Shown here: piece by piece, positions 27,985 to 37,998 of the stretch | Position numbering within the stretch: the first letter of the stretch is position 1 | Layout of the letters: each line of letters opens with the position of its first letter | Assembly (NCBI GenBank): GCA_049644265.1 | Contig: JBARRO010000005.1 | Location: 36,576 to 100,575 of the forward strand | DNA from: Bacteroidota bacterium | Lineage (GTDB): Bacteria; Bacteroidota; Ignavibacteria; UBA10030 | Length of the DNA stretch: 64,000 bases | Direction of reading: 5' to 3' | Notes under the pieces: model-generated | Database searches by the model: none | What the model saw: only the letters and a program-made list of their open reading frames with translations | Told to the model about the DNA's origin: nothing | Made by a program: the position numbers and the translations under genes

Positions 27985-29226
27985 TCACCACTGCCTGAGA
28001 AATATCCAATACACGAGTGTATTCAGGGCTGTGAGGGGAATTCCGACTCTTGCGAAGTCGAAAAATGATACGGTTTGATGAGATTTCTTTTCGGCGTTCT
28101 GGATGACAATGACGTTGCTGGCCGCTCCGAGGATAAGCATGTTTCCCGCGATCGTGCTTCCCGCCGCAAGCGCCATGAGCTCTCGCACGGAAGCGCCAGC
28201 GTGCAGAAGAATCGGCTGAAAAAGCGCAACGAGCGGAACATTTGAGACGAACTGACTCCCTATGGCACTGACCGCAAGAATCATCCCGGGCGAAGTAAGG
28301 TCGAGATGCATATCCTCCAACATCCTCTGGAAAAACCCTGATTCCCAAACACTCTCCATAAGAACGAACATCGCCGCGAAGAACACCAGTGTTGCCCAGT
28401 CAATATGCCTCAGGATTTTCATGCGTCTTGGACTGCCGACGAGGATGGGGATCGATGCAATCAAGGCAATTGCGGTAAGCCGGAATTCGATGTCAAGCCC
28501 GAGGACGACAATGAGGATCTTCACGGCAACCAGTACGATGATGGTGTTGAGGGATATTTTGGTCAGCAACGCCAGCTCGTGGTTCCTGATTGGCTCCTGT
28601 GAATGGTCCAGCACCTCGTTATGGAATTCTTCGTGAAAGAAGAGTTTCAAAACTCCAAACGTGACGAGAAGGTTCAGGACTGTCGGAATGAAGAGCCACC
28701 GAAAGAAATCGATGAACGGATTCCGCATCGTTCCACTCAGGGCAATCAGAAGATTTTGCGGATTTCCGATCGGGCTCATGACGCTTCCTATCGTCACCGA
28801 AAAGCAGAGCGCGAGGAGAAGCAATTTAGGCGCCATGCCGTGCTTTTTTGCAAGCAGCAGCATGACGGGTGTTCCAACGATCGCGAGCGAGTCGTTCATC
28901 AGGAATGCCGACGTAAATCCTGCCCCAAAGAGCACCAGCAGCATCAATTCATCAATCGAACGGGCCCGCCTGAAGTACTTGTAGGAAACGTGTGCGAGAT
29001 AGCCACTTTCCTCAAGTGCCTGGCCCACTACAAACATTCCGAACAGGAACAGCATAACGTCTACGTTGATCGCTTTCAGGGCCTCGCCGATGGAAATCTG
29101 TCCCGTAAGCATCACCACCGCAGCTCCGGTAAGCATGATTCCCCAGATCTGTAGCCGGAGGTTGCCTACCTGGCGGACAGCAATGAGAACAAAAACAGCG
29201 GCGAGGGTAACGACGGAAATATTCAT
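27985..29226 (-). CDS. ArsB/NhaD-superfamily anion permease
   Basis: 413-aa polytopic protein with a GNPQN motif and the internal-repeat topology of the ArsB/NhaD/CitMHS superfamily. Confidence 0.7.
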   Translation of the reverse strand: MNISVVTLAAVFVLIAVRQVGNLRLQIWGIMLTGAAVVMLTGQISIGEALKAINVDVMLFLFGMFVVGQALEESGYLAHVSYKYFRRARSIDELMLLVLFGAGFTSAFLMNDSLAIVGTPVMLLLAKKHGMAPKLLLLALCFSVTIGSVMSPIGNPQNLLIALSGTMRNPFIDFFRWLFIPTVLNLLVTFGVLKLFFHEEFHNEVLDHSQEPIRNHELALLTKISLNTIIVLVAVKILIVVLGLDIEFRLTAIALIASIPILVGSPRRMKILRHIDWATLVFFAAMFVLMESVWESGFFQRMLEDMHLDLTSPGMILAVSAIGSQFVSNVPLVALFQPILLHAGASVRELMALAAGSTIAGNMLILGAASNVIVIQNAEKKSHQTVSFFDFARVGIPLTALNTLVYWIFLRQW

Positions 29227-29256
29227 GGGGGGATTGGCGCCGTGAAGAGTGGCCCG

Positions 29257-30324
29257 TTACTGCCGTCTCTTCAGGATTTCTTCGAACGTCTGCGTCCCGA
29301 TCGGGTACTTCTTCCACTCCTTGTAGTCGAAATGCCACCACTCCCACTCGAAGACGGTAAATCCTTGCATTTCCATGGCCTTGTGCAATAGCTCGCGGTG
29401 CCAGCGTTGGAGCGACGTCCCGCCTGCATACGACGGGTATGAGCGTTCGGACATTTCGTCGTACCCACCCGTCATCTCGATCGGTTTCGATGTCTTAAGA
29501 TCGAACAATGTCAGGTCGATGGCACATCCCCGGTTATGTCTTGATCCTTTCGCCGGGTCTGCGACAAAGATCTTCTTGTCGTCCGGCGTTCCGTCCCAGA
29601 ACATCTTCGTCACATACCACGGCCGATATGCGTCGTGGATCAGTAATCCGTACCCTCTCTGCTTCAGCCAGCGGTGCGCGCGGACAAGCGCTTCGGCTGC
29701 AGGACGCTGAAGAAATGCCTTCGGGAGGGAGTAGAATTGCGACTGCATGAAGTTATTTTTTGAAGCATAACGGATGTCGTACCGGATCGTTTTATCCAGC
29801 GACGAAAGTTCTACTAGGTCAGATGGAAGGAAATCGCCTTGCTCTTCGGGGGGAGTGGAGGCAAGAGCGATCTTGCGCAGTGTGGCTGTGGGTTTGAGTG
29901 GCTTGATTGTAAACGACGGCCCTGTCAGACTCCCCAACTTCAGCCGGCGATATGCGATGGCGCCCCATCGAAGCTCAAGGATGTTTTGGTGACGGTCCCG
30001 CTTGAACACGAGTCCGCGCAAGCTCGGATGCGTCACACCGTTTACCGCATAGGAATCTCCGGACTTTCTCTTCAGCGTCAGCAGCCCAAGATCATGCTTT
30101 GAAAGAAGAAGACGATTATCTTTTTCAAAGATTGAGAGTGTATCCACGCCGGCTGCGTACTCTCCAATGACCGCTTTCCACGATGCCGGAACTGCCGGTG
30201 GTTTTGGAGGGATTTCCTCCGATTGCCGGGAGAAAACGGCAGGGCTTTCGAACAGAATCCAGACGAGAAGGCCGGGAATCCATCGGCGGACTGCAAGTTG
30301 TCTTAGAACGGTTGGTGTTTGCAT
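29257..30324 (-). CDS. D-alanyl-D-alanine dipeptidase, peptidase M15D (VanX-like), with an N-terminal extension
   Basis: VanX motifs SRHNRGCAIDLTL and WEWWHFDY. Signal peptide. Confidence 0.75.
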   Translation of the reverse strand: MQTPTVLRQLAVRRWIPGLLVWILFESPAVFSRQSEEIPPKPPAVPASWKAVIGEYAAGVDTLSIFEKDNRLLLSKHDLGLLTLKRKSGDSYAVNGVTHPSLRGLVFKRDRHQNILELRWGAIAYRRLKLGSLTGPSFTIKPLKPTATLRKIALASTPPEEQGDFLPSDLVELSSLDKTIRYDIRYASKNNFMQSQFYSLPKAFLQRPAAEALVRAHRWLKQRGYGLLIHDAYRPWYVTKMFWDGTPDDKKIFVADPAKGSRHNRGCAIDLTLFDLKTSKPIEMTGGYDEMSERSYPSYAGGTSLQRWHRELLHKAMEMQGFTVFEWEWWHFDYKEWKKYPIGTQTFEEILKRRQ

Positions 30325-30330
30325 ACGCGA

Positions 30331-31164
30331 TCAGAATTTCATGATTTCTCTCATCCGCTTTATCAGCGGTTGGATTTCCCTGTCCCAGAACTGCCAACTG
30401 TGGCCTCCGGGGAGTTCGTGGTATTCGTAAGGGATCTTTGCAGCGCGGAGCGAATCCGTGAACATGCGATGCACCGGAAGGAGTCCTTTGAATCCGTCTG
30501 ACGTGCCCATTGCAAAATAGAGATAGAGTGATGAATCATGTGGGGCGTTTCTGTAGAGTTCGAAGATGTCGTATTGTTTCCTCGAGTCTGAAGTGCTGAA
30601 TACACTGTCCAGATTCCGGCGAATAGCTCCGGATGTTGGCTGCATGACATCCTCGCCGAGGAATCTTGGATACGCCAGCGCCCCGCTGAGGCTGCCTGCA
30701 AATCGAAACATTCCCGGATGCTTCAGGGCAAGCATAATGGATCCATATCCTCCCATCGAGAGTCCGGCGATTGCCTGACGCGTTGTGTCGACAGAATAAT
30801 GCGTCCGAACATAGGCGGGTAAATCCTCAACCATGTATGTCTCAAACCGCGCCTGCGAATCGGATGCGGAATTTACATACCAAGAGTTCTCCCCGTCCGG
30901 CATGATGACGATGAGGGGGACATCTTTCACGTACTCTCCTATCTTCGTCCGCCGACTCCAGTCGATATGACTCCCGCCGTATCCGTGCAGAAGATACAGG
31001 ATCGGATATCGCTCGTTCGTTGTATAGTTTGAAGGAAGTAGAACGACGAATTTCTTTGTCTTCGAAAGGCTGGGAGAAGCGACGCTGTCGAGGGAGACCG
31101 AGACCTGAGCCTGGGATTGGACACAAAGAAGGGCCAGGATTATGAAGGTAAGCTTAGGTCGCAT
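30331..31164 (-). CDS. Secreted esterase-family alpha/beta hydrolase
   Basis: Esterase-family motifs LYLLHGYGGS and GLSMGG (nucleophile elbow). Signal peptide. Confidence 0.7.
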   Translation of the reverse strand: MRPKLTFIILALLCVQSQAQVSVSLDSVASPSLSKTKKFVVLLPSNYTTNERYPILYLLHGYGGSHIDWSRRTKIGEYVKDVPLIVIMPDGENSWYVNSASDSQARFETYMVEDLPAYVRTHYSVDTTRQAIAGLSMGGYGSIMLALKHPGMFRFAGSLSGALAYPRFLGEDVMQPTSGAIRRNLDSVFSTSDSRKQYDIFELYRNAPHDSSLYLYFAMGTSDGFKGLLPVHRMFTDSLRAAKIPYEYHELPGGHSWQFWDREIQPLIKRMREIMKF

Positions 31165-31211
31165 AGTTTCTTGGCATTACCCACGACCGGAGGTCGTGGG
31201 CTGGCTGTGAA

Positions 31212-33395
31212 TCACAACATCCCCTTTCTCTTCCTCAAGAACCATTCAAGGGCAAACAACGCGATTGCGAGGATCATCATCTCTTGAGAATTCCACAACT
31301 CAAATTCCCTGGCCGTTGTCAGCTCACGTGGCTTGAAGTTTGGCAGTGCGGCAATGTCGCTCGCAAGAGATTGGAGGGAGGTTGATTCGTAGTATTTTCC
31401 TCCCGTGTGAGCCGCAATTTGCTCGAGCAATGGCTTGTTCATTCTCGTTTCCTGAAACTCAACATTCAGACTGCCCACCGAAAACGATCCCCGTTCAGTC
31501 CCTGCCTCGACGCCATTCCTTGTCACCTTCGCCGTATAGGCATAGTCCCCTTCCTCCAATCGATCGATGATCCCCTCGTATTGGCCATTCCCGAGTGTCA
31601 GAAGTGTCAGTTCGTTCGTCTCGTTCTTCCGCGCGACAGAAACCGTCACGCGTGCGTCATCAACCGGCTGATAACTTTCATCATACACTTGGGCGACAAA
31701 TTCCACCGGATCCTGCACAGAGAAGAACTCCTTCGACGGATGAACCCTGAGGCGTCTGTCATCCTCCCGCGTCGTCAGCCAGCGAACGGAATTCCCGAGG
31801 AATTGGTCGAGCAAATGCTCTGTGCCGCTCCCCGGATCGGATAGCATGTCCCACCGCCAGACTCCGTATCCGAGGACCGCGATGGACTTCCGATGGTTGA
31901 CGTTTCGGCTGATGAGCAGCGGTTCCTGCATCGTCACCGATTGGATTCTGGCCAGGCCGATAACCTCGGACTCCGGCTTGGACTTGAACGTCGCCTGCAA
32001 TCGGAAGATCGGCGCAAGCTTTGACCATGCATCCACGGGGTTCTGGTTCGACGCGAGCTTGATGATAGGGTTGTTTCGTTGGGATTCCTGAATCGTAATA
32101 AATGTTTGAAATTCGTTCGGCGTCACCTGGAGCGTCGAAAAAGGAAGCGCCGACTCAAAGCTCCTGAGCTTTGAAAAATCCACCGTTCTCCCGAGCACGA
32201 TAAAGAGCGGTTTGCCGCTTGTGACAGCGTCGGCAATTCCGCTGATCGCCTGGGGCGAACTTGATGCAGTCGGGAATCCCGTCACTACGATGCAATCGGC
32301 TTCTTCAACTGTTTGCCGGGTAAAGCTTCCCTCATAAAATTGCCCGTTCAGTTTTTCAATGAACGGCCTGACTTCAACGTTCTCGTCACCCTGAAGAGCA
32401 CGGCGAATAAAGGCCGCGTCCTGGCTGGGTCCGCCTGCGACCAGGACAACACGCATTTTACTCTTCAGAACTTTCGTGAAGAAATCGACCCGGTTGTTGC
32501 GTTCAGTCAATTCATCGTTCAAGCGGGAAACTTCGACGCTGAACTTCTGCGTGCCTTCCTGTTGAGGCACAAAGGAGAATTCGACAGGATAGTCCGCTGT
32601 TCCCTGCTCCAGCGTCAGGACTTTGCGGTCGAGCACTTCCCCGGATTGTCCCGCTACCGGCGTCTGCCGAAGAATAACTTCCACCCGCTCTCCCTGGTAT
32701 CCCGAGCTTCGGACGACAGCTCGAACGGGAACACGGTTTCCTACATAGGTGATATCGTTTGCAATCACGTTTTTGACAAGAACGTCCTTTTGCTCGCTTG
32801 TATCTCCAATGCCCACCGTGAAGATTGGAAGGGCCAGATCCTCGGCGTCGTACAACGGGTTCGCTCCCACCGTCGAGTTCCCGTCCGTTACGAGTACCAC
32901 GCTCTGGATGTTCCTTGACGCAGCTTCGCGTTTGATGCTATTCAGGCTGGCTCCGATATCCGTTGTTTCTCCATTGAGCTTAAGGGAGTCGACTGTAAAC
33001 GATAAGAGCGGTCTGGCGCGATCGTCAAAAAGCTCATACCGCGTATCCCCCACGGACTTCAGCTGTTCGAATGATGCCGACCGGAGTGCCCGAATGAGTT
33101 CTTCCGACCGGCTCCCGTCATGGTCCTTGAGTGTCATGCTTTTCGAATTATCGACGAGGATCGCAACCGTGGGCTTCTCCACTGAACGCGACAAGAGTGA
33201 CAGCAGCGGTTCTCCCAACAACAGCACGAGAGTCAGGATTCCGAGCGCGCGGAGAGTAATCAGTACGCCTTTCAGCGTCCGAGGGATCGGCGGAATCGTG
33301 ACCCGATAGAGGTACCAGGAAACGGCAAATGATAGGGCAGCAGCAAGAACGAGGAGGGTAACTCTGAAGGAGAGCGAAAGATGAACTTCTGGCAT
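31212..33395 (-). CDS. Membrane protein with a von Willebrand factor A (vWA) domain, BatA-like
   Basis: N-terminal TM pair, MIDAS motif DNSKSM, and a C-terminal TM (MMILAIALFALEWFL). 727 aa. Confidence 0.65.
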   Translation of the reverse strand: MPEVHLSLSFRVTLLVLAAALSFAVSWYLYRVTIPPIPRTLKGVLITLRALGILTLVLLLGEPLLSLLSRSVEKPTVAILVDNSKSMTLKDHDGSRSEELIRALRSASFEQLKSVGDTRYELFDDRARPLLSFTVDSLKLNGETTDIGASLNSIKREAASRNIQSVVLVTDGNSTVGANPLYDAEDLALPIFTVGIGDTSEQKDVLVKNVIANDITYVGNRVPVRAVVRSSGYQGERVEVILRQTPVAGQSGEVLDRKVLTLEQGTADYPVEFSFVPQQEGTQKFSVEVSRLNDELTERNNRVDFFTKVLKSKMRVVLVAGGPSQDAAFIRRALQGDENVEVRPFIEKLNGQFYEGSFTRQTVEEADCIVVTGFPTASSSPQAISGIADAVTSGKPLFIVLGRTVDFSKLRSFESALPFSTLQVTPNEFQTFITIQESQRNNPIIKLASNQNPVDAWSKLAPIFRLQATFKSKPESEVIGLARIQSVTMQEPLLISRNVNHRKSIAVLGYGVWRWDMLSDPGSGTEHLLDQFLGNSVRWLTTREDDRRLRVHPSKEFFSVQDPVEFVAQVYDESYQPVDDARVTVSVARKNETNELTLLTLGNGQYEGIIDRLEEGDYAYTAKVTRNGVEAGTERGSFSVGSLNVEFQETRMNKPLLEQIAAHTGGKYYESTSLQSLASDIAALPNFKPRELTTAREFELWNSQEMMILAIALFALEWFLRKRKGML

Positions 33396-33399
33396 CAGC

Positions 33400-35556
33400 T
33401 TACTTGATGTACAACATTTTTCCCGTAAGAACTGACGAGGGGGTCTTCAGTCGATAGAAATAAATCCCGGTAGAAACGACCATGTTCGACTCGTTTGTTC
33501 CATCCCAGGTGGCCCGGCCCTGACCGGCAGCGGCAACGCCGTTGAACAACGTCCGCACCTTCTGACCCAGGAGGTTGAAGACAGCCAGCTCAATCTCTTC
33601 GGACTTGGGTACACTGAACTCGATTGTCGTCTTAGGATTAAATGGACTGGGAAATGGATTCGGATAATTCTGGGACAACTTGTATTCTTGCGGAATCCCC
33701 GTAGGAAACATGTCAAGAATACGGTTCGGAGTGAGGGCCAACGAGAACAGTGAGTCGGGCGAGGATGGAGATCGTCGCGCGGCGCCTGAATTGTCACGCG
33801 CAAAGAAGTATCCGATGGACGTTGAATCCATCTCGCTCCGGAGAATGTGTGCGACGTACTGATCCGGTTTACCCGAGGGAGAAAGGAGTGCCCGTTGGTA
33901 CGCCAATTCTCGGGGTTTCTTGTAGTACAGGAAGAGCGAATCATCGTCAAGTGGATTCTTGGACTTGATCCATGTCGTTATTTCAAAGGAACTGTTTGTC
34001 AGAGTCACCAGGGGCCGGTTGCCAAAAACGAGGCCGTGGTAGAGAACCGCTTCAAACGCGTTCACAAAACCGTAGCCGTACCAATTGTTCGGCCAACCCG
34101 TGATGTGTTTGCTCGTGTCCGTATCGTTGATGTGAACGGCAGTTTTGATCATCGCCTCGCGCACCTGCATCGGGGTGAGTTCAGGATGGGCGGAGATCAC
34201 GAGTGCGGCAACGCCCGCCGTGAGCGGCGTCGACAGGGAGGTTCCGCTTACCCCGACGTAGCCGGCCGGATTGTTCGGATCGGCGGAAACAACGCTGACA
34301 CCCTGGGCAACAACTTCCGGTTTTATCCGGTCATCAGATGTTGGGCCCGTCGAGCTGAACGAAGCCAGCAGCCCGTCTGAAAACGAAGCTCCCACCGCAA
34401 TGATGCTGTCGGCATCGGCAGGCGTGATCATTGATCCCGTCACGCCGGGAATAATGCGCCAGTTATTTCCGTAACGCCACGGCCCTTCGTTCCCCATCGC
34501 AGTCACAAGCAATACGCCTTTGCTGGCAGCAACACTCGCCGCTTCTGAGGTAACAGCAGTGTGTCCATCCTTCATTGAAAAGACAATGTCCCCGGGATTG
34601 TAGACGCCAAACGGGTCAAGGTCGTCGTATCCGAGCGACGTCGAGACCACATCAGCACCGAGGCGCTCCATCCATTCGAGTGCAGCGACATAGCGGTCAA
34701 GTTCGATCTGGGTTTCTGTAGGATCATACTCCGTCTTTGCCAGCACGAACGTCGCACCGTACGCAGGCCCGATCAGGTTGCCGTTGTCGAATCCCCCGAG
34801 CGCCGACATGGTGTAGCAGCCGTGATTGCCCTGCCCGCCGGCATCGCCAGCCTGAGCGGACGTATTGGAATCTGCCTGGATCCAGTCGTACTCAGCAAGA
34901 ATGGAGGCGCGTTTCAGCGCATTATGCGTCCGGTGACTGTTGAACCCATCGTCGATCATTCCGACCAGCACTCCGGATGCGTTAATGCCGAGGCTGTGAA
35001 CATCCGGTACCCTCATATTCTGCAGCTGTGTGAATGAAGGGCCATAATTCAACGTTCTGCCCAACTCTTTTTTTGAAAAGGTGGGGATGCTGGAGAGCGA
35101 TGAGAGAACGGGATCGGGTCTTCGGGTGGTAGGAACAGCCTGAACGGACCGGACGGACGGGATCGCACCGAGGGCAGCAAGTTGTTCACTCGTGGCCTCG
35201 ACCGACACGGCATTGAACCATCGTGAAACGGCGTGGATCTTGAATCCGCGGGCCTGAACCTGATCGATGTATGCCTGTGCAACGGGTAAGTCGCGCTTGT
35301 CGATCAAGCGGTCCGGTGGAAGCACTTTCGCTCTGCGTTTCAACGCCCGTTCGGAGATGCCGAGGGCGCTCGGGGAAAACGAGGTAGTGGATCCGCCTTT
35401 GTCCCGAAAAACAACCCACGCACGAGTGGCTTGTGTCTGGGTTCGGGCTTCCTGCAGGCAGAAGAACAAAAGGACCAGGGCAAGGATACAACCTCGCAGG
35501 ATGTGCGCTCCTCTCAATAGCCTTCGCTCCATGATTGATCCTTGCGTCAGTCGCAA
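33400..35556 (-). CDS. Subtilisin-like serine peptidase S8 with a T9SS type-A C-terminal sorting domain
   Basis: S8 catalytic regions (DDG…HGC…GTSLSTP). The C-terminus NPFNPKTTIEF…AVFNLLGQKV…WDG…GIYFYRL…TGKMLYIK matches the Por/T9SS C-terminal domain. Confidence 0.8.
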   Translation of the reverse strand: MRLTQGSIMERRLLRGAHILRGCILALVLLFFCLQEARTQTQATRAWVVFRDKGGSTTSFSPSALGISERALKRRAKVLPPDRLIDKRDLPVAQAYIDQVQARGFKIHAVSRWFNAVSVEATSEQLAALGAIPSVRSVQAVPTTRRPDPVLSSLSSIPTFSKKELGRTLNYGPSFTQLQNMRVPDVHSLGINASGVLVGMIDDGFNSHRTHNALKRASILAEYDWIQADSNTSAQAGDAGGQGNHGCYTMSALGGFDNGNLIGPAYGATFVLAKTEYDPTETQIELDRYVAALEWMERLGADVVSTSLGYDDLDPFGVYNPGDIVFSMKDGHTAVTSEAASVAASKGVLLVTAMGNEGPWRYGNNWRIIPGVTGSMITPADADSIIAVGASFSDGLLASFSSTGPTSDDRIKPEVVAQGVSVVSADPNNPAGYVGVSGTSLSTPLTAGVAALVISAHPELTPMQVREAMIKTAVHINDTDTSKHITGWPNNWYGYGFVNAFEAVLYHGLVFGNRPLVTLTNSSFEITTWIKSKNPLDDDSLFLYYKKPRELAYQRALLSPSGKPDQYVAHILRSEMDSTSIGYFFARDNSGAARRSPSSPDSLFSLALTPNRILDMFPTGIPQEYKLSQNYPNPFPSPFNPKTTIEFSVPKSEEIELAVFNLLGQKVRTLFNGVAAAGQGRATWDGTNESNMVVSTGIYFYRLKTPSSVLTGKMLYIK

Positions 35557-35580
35557 TGATTCCCCTGCGGGAGAATCTCG

Positions 35581-36561
35581 TTAATGGCTGACATTCTCCA
35601 AAAGTTTTTCGACGATTTGCAGCGGGGTGACACCTTCCGCCTCCGCATTGAAGCTTGTTACCAAACGATGGCGCAGCACGGGGCCGGCAATGGCCTTCAC
35701 ATCGTCGATGTCGGGGTTGAAACGGCCCCTGAGGATCGCCCGTGTTTTTGCGCCCAAAATGAGATACTGCGACGCTCTCGGTCCCGCTCCCCACCGAACC
35801 CAGTTCTTGATGAAGGAAGGGGAGGAGCCATTTGGCCGCGTGTTGCTCGCCAGCTGCACAGCAAATTGCACCACGTTCTCGGCAACCGGCACCCGGCGCA
35901 CGAGGTCTTGAAATTCCATAATCTCTTTTCCGCTCAACACCTTCCTGACATTCGGCTGGTAGAGACTCGTCGTCGATTTCACAATCTGCACTTCTTCCTC
36001 GAACGACGGGTAGTCCAGCCAGAGGTTGAACATGAACCGGTCAAGCTGTGCCTCCGGGAGCGGATAGGTGCCTTCCTGCTCGATCGGGTTTTGCGTCGCC
36101 AACACGAAGAACGGCTCATCGAGCACGTGGGTCTCGCCCGCAGCGGTCACATGATGCTCCTGCATCGCTTCAAGAAGCGCCGATTGCGTCTTGGGCGGCG
36201 TTCTGTTAATTTCATCCGCCAGGATAATATTCGCGAAAACCGGGCCGCGCACAAACTTGAACGACTTTGTTTGTGTGGAGACGTTTTCTTCGATGATTTC
36301 CGTTCCGGTGATGTCACTCGGCATCAGGTCGGGAGTGAACTGAATGCGGCTGAATTTCAGGTCGAGCGATTCGGCAAGGGTTTTTATCAGAAGCGTTTTC
36401 GCAAGTCCCGGCACCCCGATGAGGAGGCAGTGTCCCCGCGAGAGAAGCGAGATCAAGAGCTGCTCAATCGTGCTTTCCTGGCCGACGATCGCCTTGCTGA
36501 TTTCCGCCCGAACATCCGAGTAGGCTTTGGCTAATCTCTGAACGGCTTCGACGTCACTCAT
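35581..36561 (-). CDS. MoxR-family AAA+ ATPase
   Basis: Walker A GVPGLAKT, Walker B ILADEINR, and the MoxR C-terminal region. The start is ATG 36561; the track start is TTG 36576. Confidence 0.85.
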   Translation of the reverse strand: MSDVEAVQRLAKAYSDVRAEISKAIVGQESTIEQLLISLLSRGHCLLIGVPGLAKTLLIKTLAESLDLKFSRIQFTPDLMPSDITGTEIIEENVSTQTKSFKFVRGPVFANIILADEINRTPPKTQSALLEAMQEHHVTAAGETHVLDEPFFVLATQNPIEQEGTYPLPEAQLDRFMFNLWLDYPSFEEEVQIVKSTTSLYQPNVRKVLSGKEIMEFQDLVRRVPVAENVVQFAVQLASNTRPNGSSPSFIKNWVRWGAGPRASQYLILGAKTRAILRGRFNPDIDDVKAIAGPVLRHRLVTSFNAEAEGVTPLQIVEKLLENVSH

Positions 36562-36576
36562 GGGGGGGGGTAGCAA

Positions 36577-36717
36577 TGGGTAGTTAGTTTTGGAGAAAAT
36601 CGGTTTTGAGTTTCTGGTTTCTAGTTTCTAGAATTCCTCAAAACTTCAAAACGAAGCTCTAAACCCGAAACCTTAAACTCGAAACCCGAAACTTCAAACT
36701 CGAAACTGCTTATCGTC
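36577..36717. repeat. Intergenic heptamer-armed element, GTTTC-unit variant (copy J)
   Basis: The left arm is gtttctggtttctagtttctag. The right arm is the complement type: cgaaaccttaaactcgaaacccgaaacttcaaactcgaaac. Confidence 0.45.
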
Positions 36718-37995
36718 TTATAATCTGCTTTCCCAATAAATATTCTTCTTCAATTCTTCCACCCATTCGTTGTTCTGACGATTTCGTTTCAAGTACAACG
36801 CAAGTTGTTCGAGCCGTTTGTAATCCTGGTCGAAGCTCGTGGGATGAGCGGGGATTTTCTTTCGCATCAGAACGATCTGGTATCCATAGGACGTACCGAG
36901 CGTAACCCGCGTTGGCTGACTGATCTCGCCGTCCTTCAGGTTCTTCACTTCCTCCATGAACTCCGCTGTAAGCTGTTCAGGGGTCAACGTTCCCAGATCT
37001 CCGCCGGTGGCTTTCGTTTCCTCGTCTTCGGAATAGCGAGTTGCCAGGTCTGCAAACGGAGTTCCCTTCAGAACGCTGTCGCGCAGCGCCCGCAACTGCT
37101 GCACTGCCGCCGAATCACTCGCCGGCCCTTTTTCGATGCGCATGAGAATATGCCGCGCATGGACGGATTCCCCCCGCCGGCCTACAAGTTGAATAATGTG
37201 AAAGCCGAACTGCGTCTTGATGACGTTGGAGATCTCGCCTTCCTTCAGGCTGAACACCGCTTCCTCAAACTCGTGAACATAATCCCCGCGCTTCGCCCAT
37301 CCAAGATCTCCTCCGTTGGCCGCCGTTCCGTCGATGCTGTAGCGCCTGGCGAAATCTGCGAAGTCGCCGCCGGCGCGGATGCTGTCGAGAATCGTCTCCA
37401 TCCGCTTCTTGGTACGCTGCTCAATCAGTGTGTCCGCCTTTGGAACGATAAAAATATGGCTCATATCGTATTGATCGGGCACCTGCGGAAGGCTGTCCTT
37501 GTAAGCCTCGTAGAATTCCTCGACCTCCCGTCGCGACACGCGCAGGTTTGCCTCACGGTTCTGGCGGATTTTCTGAACCAGGAGTTGCTTTCGCATCTCG
37601 TCCCGAAATTCCCGGCGGATCCGGCCGATCGGTTTCCCGTAGGTCTGTTCCACTCGCGCTTCCGAACCGAGCTGCCGGACAAGATTTTGAATCTGCTGGT
37701 CGAGTGTGCGTGAGACTTCGTCGTCTGTGACCTCGATACTGTCGATCAACGCCTGGGCAAGAATGAGCTTGTCGGTAATCATCGCATCGAGTACCTGTTT
37801 CCGGATTTCCGGCTTGGTGACGTCGATGTTATTCTGCATCCCGATGAAATGGATCCGGTCCTCGAGCTCGCTTTGCGTGATGATTTCCTTGTCAACCACC
37901 GCAACAATGCGATCGATCAGCGTCTGACTCCGCACCTCAGACGCGCCAAGTACGACGAGCCAAATAATGGCAGTCCTCCAAACAGCATTCCTCAT
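36718..37995 (-). CDS. Peptidyl-prolyl cis-trans isomerase, SurA/PpiC (parvulin) family
   Basis: Signal peptide, a SurA_N-like region, and two PpiC-type rotamase segments (…FGFHIIQ…). Confidence 0.75.
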   Translation of the reverse strand: MRNAVWRTAIIWLVVLGASEVRSQTLIDRIVAVVDKEIITQSELEDRIHFIGMQNNIDVTKPEIRKQVLDAMITDKLILAQALIDSIEVTDDEVSRTLDQQIQNLVRQLGSEARVEQTYGKPIGRIRREFRDEMRKQLLVQKIRQNREANLRVSRREVEEFYEAYKDSLPQVPDQYDMSHIFIVPKADTLIEQRTKKRMETILDSIRAGGDFADFARRYSIDGTAANGGDLGWAKRGDYVHEFEEAVFSLKEGEISNVIKTQFGFHIIQLVGRRGESVHARHILMRIEKGPASDSAAVQQLRALRDSVLKGTPFADLATRYSEDEETKATGGDLGTLTPEQLTAEFMEEVKNLKDGEISQPTRVTLGTSYGYQIVLMRKKIPAHPTSFDQDYKRLEQLALYLKRNRQNNEWVEELKKNIYWESRL

Positions 37996-37998
37996 AAC

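Noticed and set aside
35584-36534. 316-aa ORF on the plus strand
   Set aside because: It is antisense to the MoxR ATPase gene, with no domain signal.
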